64,000 nt of DNA from Octopus bimaculoides. Lineage: Eukaryota. Numbering within the stretch: position 1 is the stretch's first letter; the number at the start of each line of letters is the position of its first letter. Positions 54,546 through 64,000 of this stretch are shown here, one piece after another. Location: positions 37,088,468 through 37,152,467 of the forward strand of contig NC_068991.1 in the NCBI RefSeq assembly GCF_001194135.2, read 5' to 3'. The position numbers were made by a program, and so were the translations under genes. The notes beneath the pieces are model-generated. The model was given only the letters and a program-made list of their open reading frames with translations. It did no database searches and was not told where the DNA came from.

Positions 54546-55671
54546 CTTTATTAATATTACTATTGAATACTTAACTCCTAAACAGAGATTTCATTCTATC
54601 TTCATAACAGTGATTTCTTTGACAAGACAATTTACATATTTGTAGGATAAGGAGTATAGGGAACAGAGATATGTATCTGATACTTATGAGGTCCAGTAGG
54701 ATTTAAACTCAGAATGTAAGATGTACTATAATACAGCTACAGGGCTGGCTCAAGGTATTGGCAACTCGGGCAGTTGCCCGGGGCGCCATGTGCTAGGAGA
54801 TGCCAAGAAGGGCATGACAAAGAGAAGGAAATTTCCACGACCGTCAACTTGTACATGATGAAGTTCTGCTTGCCAGGCGCTAGTAACCCTCTGTACAGCT
54901 GAATGATGTTCCTATCCCACTGAACGCTCGAACATCACAAAGTACTTATTTTTCCCTCTTTACCCATACATATTAATGAATGCACAGAATATGGAGATGA
55001 TATCAGATGATAAAGACAAAAATTCATGTGTATTATTAAGCAAACCAGCTGTATATTAAGCCAGGTGGATATAAACAAGCTAAAAGTGTATTAAGCCAGG
55101 TGTGCATTAACAGGTGAAGGGATGATTAATAGATTTTTTTTTGTTTCAGCCCAAAAGCGGTGACCATGCTGGAGCATCGCCAGTCACGTATGCTTTTATT
55201 TATTATTTTTTGCACCTGTTTTTAATATCATTTGTATCTAGTATGTCACATAACACATTTATTCACAGTGCTCTGAGATCAAATGCCGCCAGGGTCCACT
55301 TTGCCTTTCATCCTTTCGGGCTTGACAAAATAAGTACCAGTTAAACACTGGAGTCGATGAAATCGATTTATCCCTTCACCCGAAATTACTGGCCTTGTGC
55401 CGAAATTTGAAACCATTGTTAATAATAGTAGTTGAAGTATTGTTGTTATTGCATCGTCTCCTTCATTCAAAGCTGACTGATCGTAAGAAAACCAGTTTTC
55501 CAGTAATCATGAACAAACAACACGGTGAGGATGAAAATGTTGACGCACGGGGAAATGTTTGAAATGCCTCCCCTCCCTCGCAACACAGCAGTTGGCGCCG
55601 GGTGAGAGCAGCTACCCAAGGAAGAGACAACTGAAGTTTGGCTGTTTTGAGATTCACTGTCTGGCTGTTTC

Positions 55672-55900
55672 CATACATTTTTGTATATATATATATACAT
55701 ACTAACATACATTTTTGTATATATATATACATACTAACATACATTTTATATATATATAGATACTAACATACATTTTTTATATATGCATACATACTAACAT
55801 ACATTTTTATATATACATATATATACATACTAAGATATATTTTTTTATATATATACATACATACTAACATACATTTTTTATACATCTATACATAGACTTT
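55672..55900. repeat. AT-rich minisatellite of about 30 bp (catacatttttgtatatatatatacatactaa), about 7-8 units
   Basis: Direct inspection of the repeat units. Confidence 0.85.
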
Positions 55901-57995
55901 TATATTATACATACATACAATTAAAACTTTTCCGTTATGTGTTTTTGCCATATTTAACTGAGTAGTGTTGCTACATAACGTTCTTTTTATTTTGCTAAAT
56001 GTCGCTTTGCCAATGGAAAAATCGTTAACACTGTTATTATTTGTATGTAGATCAATGAACGAAAGAGAAAGTGGCTTGTTTAAATCCTACCTTTTCAGAT
56101 GTACCACTGACACATTGAATCAACTGTTGCTGGCTGTAAATAAATGGAAACCAATAAGCAGCCACAGAATGTGGGAGATACAGGCTTTCGAAGAAAGGCG
56201 GTGGTGGGTATTTTTTGAAGTATAATAATTAAACCGAAAACACAAGTGCTTCTGGAAATGGTTCGAGAAGAATGTAACCATATTATTTATAAGATGTTTG
56301 GAAGGCGCCACCTACTGACAGGTGTGCGAACGACTGAGCATAACTCTGAGAAGACGAAGAACCTAATAGTAGCGTTAAGGGAGAAGGGTGATAAGATATC
56401 AAAGAGGGGGAAAGCGATGATGGGGGTGGGGCATGAAATAACGTTAGCAGCTTGTTTAGGTTGACAACTGAGATTGTTTATGTTTTTATGGCAAGGAGAA
56501 GACGAATGAATTAGTTTTAACAGAGATATTGCTAAGAGTTTCGTATGTGGGAGATAGAAAAAAACCCAGATAGTTTGACGATTGAAACATAAATGAAATA
56601 GTTAAATAAAAATTAGTGCACCGATAAATAAATAAAAAATGCTAATATGCAGTTGACTCAACATATTCGACTTGAAAAATAAAAACAAATAAAGGATCTT
56701 GTTAAATTCTTTCCCAAATAAATAATTATCATTAATAGCATCGTCTCCCCTACCACCTATTCGAATGACTATTTCTACTATCGACAAAATGACTAATATT
56801 ATAAAGATGCAATTTCCTTCTTCTTAAGAGATTATAAAAAATGTCATTTCCTTCGATACTCTCTGTAATCTTATTCATGTCATTGCTGACGGTTTAATAT
56901 CTCTGAAAGTCACCAACTTGCGTTCTTACCAGTTCTTTGCTTCTATTCTTTCTACCGAAATCAACATCACATTTTTATGCCATCACCAGTTGCCACGAGC
57001 AGTTTTTCTGATGTTTTGTTATTGTTTTGATCGTGTGGTATTCCCACCCCGTCTCTTTTCCACCTGTTTAACCTCTTAACAGACACGTTTTTTTAAAAAT
57101 TTCCATGCAAAAAAAAAATCATTTTTATTTTTCTATTAATATTTGTTTTGAATCTGTATGTAAGAAAGAATAAATACACAAATTATTTTGGATCAGTTAT
57201 GATTTATTATGAAATTACAGGTAGAAATGATAGTTAATGATAGAAAACGGGAATAACATCATGAACGAAGAATTTCAGGTTAGAAATAAATGACAGATAC
57301 CAGAGTACAGTGAACGTATATTTTCGTTCAAATACATATTTACTAGACATCTCTGAATGAAAATATACGGGATAATATGTTAAGAGGTTAATTTCATTTT
57401 CTTTTTCAATTCTTTTTTTTTTCTGGGACATTCCTTTGATATTGGTTCCTGAGTGTCGGTATGAGGGGACGACGTCATTTGCCCTTTATTTCAGCTTAGT
57501 CTCTTTATCTGTCATGATGGAAGGTTGTGTGGGTGAATGATGTGTACCCATATCGAAGGATTGCCCTTATCTTTTAAGCTTTATATCGTAGAGCTTATTT
57601 TTAATTACATTCCCAACACATCTCACCTTGTCCATCAGCCCTCCTCCAGATATTGTTCGTCATAAATACTTTATACGTTTGTTCTGCTCTATAAGACACA
57701 TTGTCTCATTATACGAATATCTTCGGCCACCACAGTTTCCCATTGGGATCTTATTATGAGATAAGAGTTTTACATTGAAATGTTCCATGTTCAGTGCGCA
57801 CCGCCTCATCTCATTCTCTTTACACACACACACACACATATTGTGTGCTTTCTTATAAAGAATTATCAATTCATATTGTCTATAGTGTGTTAATAAACTT
57901 TCTTCGAATTCTAATGACCAACTCTACACAAGGTTATTTACGTTATGTGTGTGTGTGTGTGTGTGTTACGCGCGAGTATATATATGTGTGTGTAC

Positions 57996-58072
57996 GTACA
58001 TACATACATACATACATACATACATACATACATACATACATACATACATACATACATACATACATACATACG
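57996..58072. repeat. (TACA)n microsatellite next to a (TG)n tract
   Basis: Direct inspection. Confidence 0.9.
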
Positions 58073-58418
58073 CACGCGTGCGTGCACACGCGCATAATAG
58101 TTAAAACAAAAAAGGAATCACTTGGCAAGAAAACCGTCATGCTATTTATAAGATGCTCAAGTTCGTCTTAGAAACATTATAAGCCCCCGGTCAAGTCAAT
58201 ATACTGGACCTTACAGTAGTTATTGACAGCAAACCACAGCCTACATAGTTTAGAAATGGGCCCCTAGAACCTTGAAATCCCTGGGTGTTGCCCACTGTAC
58301 TTCTGCCTTCAGAAGGCACTGAAGCCTCTATAACGATGACACCTACCAACAGATATGCGAACAATTTAGCGTCTATCAAAATCTTCAATGCAATTCACAA
58401 TAGAAAAGGAAAAGAATA

Positions 58419-58640
58419 CAGTAATCCCTCGACTATCGCGGGTGCTACGCTCTAAAATCTCCTGCGATAGGTGAGAATCCGCGAAGTAAAAACAGTATTG
58501 TACTGTATCTTTTTTTAATTATTTTTATAATTTGTATATATTTATTTTATTATAAATGCAAAACAACACCACGGAGGAACCGACGTAAGCTTAAATAATA
58601 AATCGTGATGGGTGAACCGCAATATGCTGAGGGATTACTG
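58419..58640. mobile_element. Tigger-type MITE (CpG-retaining copy)
   Basis: TA|cagtaatccctcg ... tgagggattactg|TA. Homologous to 17051-17278. Confidence 0.88.
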
Positions 58641-58879
58641 TAATAAACTGGCCTTCCTGGATATGCTAACAACTCACACAATGTGGGTTCCGTATATCGC
58701 AAGCGTATATTCACCGGGTAATCCTTGGATATCGCATTAAGAAAGAAATCATCTACGACCTACAACATCGAACAAAACTCAAATGTAGTAACCCTGATAC
58801 TTGCCAAAAAAAAAATGATAAAAAGAAAGACTTTTCAGGGTAACAACTGCTCTACAAGCATAACATCAGCTTCTATTAA

Positions 58880-59075
58880 TAATGGTTTCAAATTTTGGTT
58901 CGCGGCCAGTTATTTCGGGAAGAGGGTAAATCGATAACATCGACTCCATTGCTCGACTGGTACTTATTTTATCGACCCTGAAAGGCAAAGTCGACCTCGG
59001 TGGAATTTGAATACCGAACGTAAGGACGGACGTAATGCCGCTTAGTATTTTATCCGGCGTGTTAATGATTCTGAC
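58880..59075 (-). mobile_element. First-family SINE with CpGs retained
   Basis: ctggtacttattttatcgaccctgaaaggcaaagtcgacctcggtggaatttgaa. Confidence 0.8.
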
Positions 59076-59608
59076 AGTTTACCTTATCAACTTCTATAAT
59101 AATGCATTTAAGATCTTTTTCGCTCCAAACAAATAGCAAGGAACTCATACGAAAAAAAAAAATTAAATAATGAAAGAAGATAAAACTAGGACACAGTCTT
59201 GTATTATATACAACACTTCTTAAACCAGTGATTATTCATCCTTTTTTCTTTATACACCTTTTTTTCAAAATATTTCCCTTTTCCAAGATTCAAAAGGTGC
59301 AGTCAAAATAATATGCATACAATGTGTGAAAACCTTTTTTTTTTTTTGTATATTACTCCATATTTACATTTTTGTCGTCGTTTTATCAATTATCTCAATC
59401 CTTATTATTCTCATTATACTACCTGTGTAATCAGGGATTACAACGTATTTACCAGTATTCAATCTTCCAACCATCACCCTTTCTATTTCCTCCATCTCTC
59501 CCTCTCTCCCTCCCTCACACTCACCGCTATTCATCTTTATTGTGATTTTGTTACTGTCTTTCTCACATTACTCTTTCTAGTATTACTCATTATATTGTTA
59601 ATATGCAT

Positions 59609-59639
<31 letters not shown>

Positions 59640-60864
59640 CCCTCCCCATTACTCTACACCACTTTTATTACTTTTCCAACACCTTGAGTCCTACTATCAC
59701 TCTTTCTTCACCATCACGCAGCTCAATTTTTTTTCCTATTCAACTCCTTTATCAACAAACTAGATGTAACTGCTTATCACAGCCTCTCTCCCCTTCTCTA
59801 TCTGTCTGTCTCTCGCTTTCTCTCTTATTTCCTTTTTTAACATCCATTCTCCAATCGCTCAATTTCTCCCGTCATACTTTCTCTTATTTCATCCTCTAAC
59901 CCTTGTTCTCTCTATCATCACTTTCTTCTATTCATCTATTGATCAAGTTAACTTCGAAGAATGGAATAGAAACAATCTTTAATCTTGCAGAGAACAAGTA
60001 ACCTCTCTAGTGTTGCAACCGCAAAAAAAAAAAAAAAAATACTCCCAGAATATTTTGTAAAGTGGCTGGCATTACGAACAGAATCCTGTTCGTAATGCCA
60101 GAAGCTAAAAATGTTACAAACGAAACATTGATCTTTGGACATTGTGGGAGGACAGTACATCTACATAAGAAATTATTCGTCAAATCTATACCAGCATATA
60201 AAGCAAATATAAAACGATGCTGATGATGCGGAGGAGGAGGGTTTTAAAAATTTAACAGCAATAGAAAATGTGGATGGATTTTAAGGCTTGAATAAAGATA
60301 ATTTTGTTTTTAAAAGTATTTCAACAAAGATGAAGTAGAAAAGAATGTCAGGGTATTGTCATTCCTTTTATTCAGGTGAAGATTGCAGTTAATGATAATC
60401 TGTTGCTGTTGTTGTTGTTGTTACTGCTGCTGCTTTTTTGGATTTGCAAAAACGTTAATAAAAAATGGGTTCAATATAGTTCATTTTCCACTTCTAACCC
60501 GTTTCGTTAGATTTTCAATTGCAACAAATTTGCAAAGCCTGTCTAACAAAGATATATTGATACTTTAGCAGTGAGGTTATAAAGTCTCTCTTGGTTTACT
60601 ACAGAAATGTTGCGTACCATTATATATAATAAGTGCTGCGTGTTAACTTTTCGAAATAATATACGAAACTAACTTTAAAATAACATCGAGACCTCAACCC
60701 TCTGCTAAATTATACAGTGGACCAAATAAACACATCACGGATTGTATTGGTTGTATAGTTAATCCATCGTTAAGGTAATTCAACTCTGGCCAGCGTTGGT
60801 TACAAGTGCTTCGTTATAACAACAAGAAAATAGCATGACGCGTGTTCTGGGAAAAATACCTCAC

Positions 60865-61250
60865 CTCACTGTCTTAGAGGTTTTAACCCAATATATAGAC
60901 AAACATAGGCTCCAGCGATGAATCAGATTATTTGTTTGAGGAAATATTACGCGCAATGTGATTGAATCCAAGATCCATATCCCGCGCACTACCTGAACAA
61001 TCAAAATACAACACTCAACCAAACGTTCCAAACTCACATGATAGGTCAAACGACTAATCATTAAAGATTAACATGTGGAGCTTCCTTGCGAATATAAAAG
61101 GCGAGGCGAACATAAAAAATCAGAACAGAAATGAGTCTCGCTACAATGCAAATAGAAGCCAAATATGTTGTCGCCTTTGTGTAGGAATCATACAGCAGAG
61201 CAGGTCGCGTATGTTCCGGGTGTGCTAGGTGTGCGCTGTACACCCATCGA
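60865..61250 (-). promoter_or_regulatory. Candidate first (non-coding) exon / TSS region of the formin gene
   Basis: Unique, CpG-rich sequence ending in a minus-strand donor GAG|GTGAGG at 60865/60864. The 5' end is approximate. Alternative donors occur at 56930 and 56091. Confidence 0.25.
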
Positions 61251-62239
61251 AAATGGCAAATTCATTATTGAATATTAACCTTACTCATTAATTTGATCAC
61301 AAATCTTAATGAAAAATTTTAGTTATACCCCTGATTGAAATTTAGTGACATTGGGTGTGGCAGCACACCCAATACAACAACCACCATACGCCACTAGCAA
61401 AGGCCAAAGTTCTCTGGTCACAATAATTCTAATGGTTTCCTATTAAATCTAACTCCACATTTTCTTGAATTTAAGAAAATATCAGCAGAATTATCTTTTT
61501 AATGCTGTCAAATGTTGGAAACTTTCATTTTTGACAAATTTTCGAAACATTTTATCTTTTGTCACCAGCAACAAGAACTGGCTGGTTCTCAAATATTACA
61601 GCACTTTTAGATTGATCAATCTTTTCTAATTTTCCAGATTGCATATGGAAGTTTCCGAATATTTTGTTAATTTGTTCGATGTTTTGTATTCTTTCCTTGC
61701 ATCTGAATATTCTTCTTCTTCAGCTGCACAAAAATACTGTAGCGAGATCTAGGATTCGAACCGCATTCTCTAACTAACAACAGAAGTGGAAATCTTTGAG
61801 ATTTGCGTTCTTTTCTCTAGTTATCAGCAGTCTGGTGATAAAAATCTTTGCAAGAATTGAGAACAACCAGGGAACATACATCTCACTTCTCCTTACGAGC
61901 AAGCCAGACGAGGACAGAGCTTAAGCAAGGTTCGGTGGACTCGACTCATATCTCCTTGTATCTTGGTCCAAGATAACCAACGTCAGTGATTAGTAGAAAT
62001 TATCGAAATAAGACAATTTTTTACATGAAATAAATTCGAATACAAAAATATTTTTCTGTTCTATAACACATTTGTTGAGTCCTGAGTTGTGATTGGTTGA
62101 GTGTTGCGTGGGAATTGGATCGAAAGTCCAATCACGTTGTGCGTATTAAATATTCTCAAACAACTAATCCGTATGTGTTCTGGAGCCTCCTTTTTCCCAC
62201 ATAAATTGGTACGACAAATTATTTACGAGTCAGAGGAGT

Positions 62240-64000
62240 GAGAGTTTTCAACGCTATTCTCGATGCACGCCTGGATAGCATAGGTTCGAACGATAGGAAA
62301 TGCAACATAAGCCTCGTCGATCTGCTGAATCGATTTAGGCTGGCAGATCGATACTGACTTGATAATCCGAACGTTCCAATGTAGACTTGGACTAATAACG
62401 ACGGATCAATCGGGTCTCACATAGACAGGGTTATAGTTAATGCTAGAGATAAGTCTAGTTTTAGCTGTCCACAGTTTACCTATGTACTCTATATGGATTA
62501 CAAATTAGTGACGTGTGAGTTGCATATAGATAAGGTCCATAGACAGGGATCTGGCTATTGGAAGTTGAACAAGTCCCTATTGGATTGCGAAACTTACCGG
62601 AGCCAGATTAAGGTGTTAGTAATGAGGACATTAACCGGCGGTGGAGGGCCCTCAAAAGAGCCATTCGACTTGAGTCGACTAGATTTAGCACGCAGTTAAG
62701 TCTAGAGCATACTAGAGTAGAAAGGGATTTACTTAAGGCGTTAGAAGAGGTGGACCGACATCTCAATGCCAAACACGAAGGATGCAGAGTTCGGGCTAAA
62801 TTACGTGCACTGGGTCGCAAAGGTATCAAAGTTGTCGGGTGGGCTCGNNNNNNNNNNNNNNNNNNNNNNNNNNNNNNNNNNNNNNNNNNNNNNNNNNNNN
62901 NNNNNNNNNNNNNNNNNNNNNNNNNNNNNNNNNNNNNNNNNNNNNNNNNNNNNNNNNNNNNNNNNNNNNNNNNNNNNNNNNNNNNNNNNNNNNNNNNNNN
63001 NNNNNNNNNNNNNNNNNNNNNNNNNNNNNNNNNNNNNNNNNNNNNNNNNNNNNNNNNNNNNNNNNNGAAGGGCGGTGCGCTGGACCATGGGGATGCCTTC
63101 AGGGATTTCCTGGCCTGCGGCCCGCGTTTTTTGGCGCGTGACGCTGAGCGCTGTGAAGGGCCGATCACTGCTGAGGAGGTTATAGAGGTGCTTTCCGAGT
63201 GTCCCGGGTACAAGTCGCCGGGATTGGATGGTCTACCTTACGAATTTTATAAAAGTATGCCAGACTTGTTCGGGAACATACTGGCCAGTGTGTACGCGAA
63301 TTGGCAGCAGAATGGGAGAATTCCCAAATCTGTGAGCCGAGGAGTGGTGACACTGATCAGGAAGGACCCGAGCAAGGGGGATGGCATTAATAATTTTCGG
63401 CCTATCACTCTGCTAAACCCAAAGTTAAAGATTTTGGCTAAGGTGCTAGCCAAGAGAGTGAGGATTGTCGTAGGCGACCTGGTGGGAGAGGTACAGATAT
63501 GTGCTATCCCAGGAAGGACGATACATGACAATCTTCATCTCATTCGCTACACCATAGAGAGGGTTAGTAAAGTCCCTGGCAAAGGTGGGGCACTGGTAAA
63601 TTTGGACCAGTCAAAGGCATTCGATAGGGTCGACCATCGGTATCTGGCGGCGGTCTTCCGGACGGTTGGACTGGGCCCGACTTTCCGAGGCTGGATCGAA
63701 GCTTTGTATTGCAACATCGAATTTGTCATCCGGGTGAATGGGTTCTTCTCGAGCTAAGTTCGCCAGGGCTTCCCCTTCTCCCCGATTCTGTATGTATTGG
63801 CTCTTGAGCCACTACTGCGGAGATTGGGGACTATGGGGTAAGACCCGCGTGATCTGTGTTACGGTAGAAGTGCGACGCCATATGTGGATGATGTTACCAT
63901 CATCGTGTCTGATGAAGGGCAGCTACCTCGTGTAGAAGACGCCATCAAAAGTTACGAAGCAGTGGCAGGGGCAAAGATTAACCAGGAGAAATCAGACGGC
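62240..64000 (+). mobile_element. Tx1/L1-clade LINE ORF2 remnant (APE endonuclease + RT), running past the window end
   Basis: FNAILDARLD, SHIDRV, GSGYWKLNKSLL, KSPGLDGLPYEFY, FRPITLLN, DQSKAFDRVDH, VRQGSPFSPILY and YVDDVT motifs. Contains in-frame stops and a gap at 62848-63066. Confidence 0.92.
62848..63066. other. Assembly gap (N run)
   Basis: Run of N. Confidence 1.

Noticed and set aside
54740-54902. hAT-like MITE starting cagggctggctc
   Set aside because: The right TIR and target-site duplication could not be matched.
57794-58171. 125-aa ORF with YIHT repeats
   Set aside because: Translation of (TACA)n and (TG)n microsatellites.

Overview
AT-rich, repeat-dense eukaryotic DNA with four assembly gaps. 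The SINE and RTE families look like those of octopus; this is an inference from repeat recognition, not a search. One protein-coding gene is supported, on the minus strand: the 5' part of a formin of the FMN1/FMN2/cappuccino subfamily. Three coding exons (30935-30353, 25903-25722, 891-738) splice in frame at canonical GT/AG sites. They give about 306 N-terminal residues, including a DEP-like segment (FEGQMLLQWL...FRPDCMYYW) and an FMN-type ...W-P...GLKYTEA motif; FH1/FH2 must lie beyond position 1. The rest is intronic or 5' flank, filled with tRNA-derived SINEs, RTE, Penelope, CR1/L2-like and Tx1/L1 retroelement remnants, and Tc1/mariner, Tigger/pogo and hAT DNA transposon relics. Notable structure: several long fold-back elements, polarised SINE stacks, a 2.6-kb 30-bp minisatellite bracketed by splice-like signals, candidate internal alternative exons, and a rise in CpG retention from about 54-55 kb. 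I found no clear evidence of a wholly new biological system; the findings are hypotheses.
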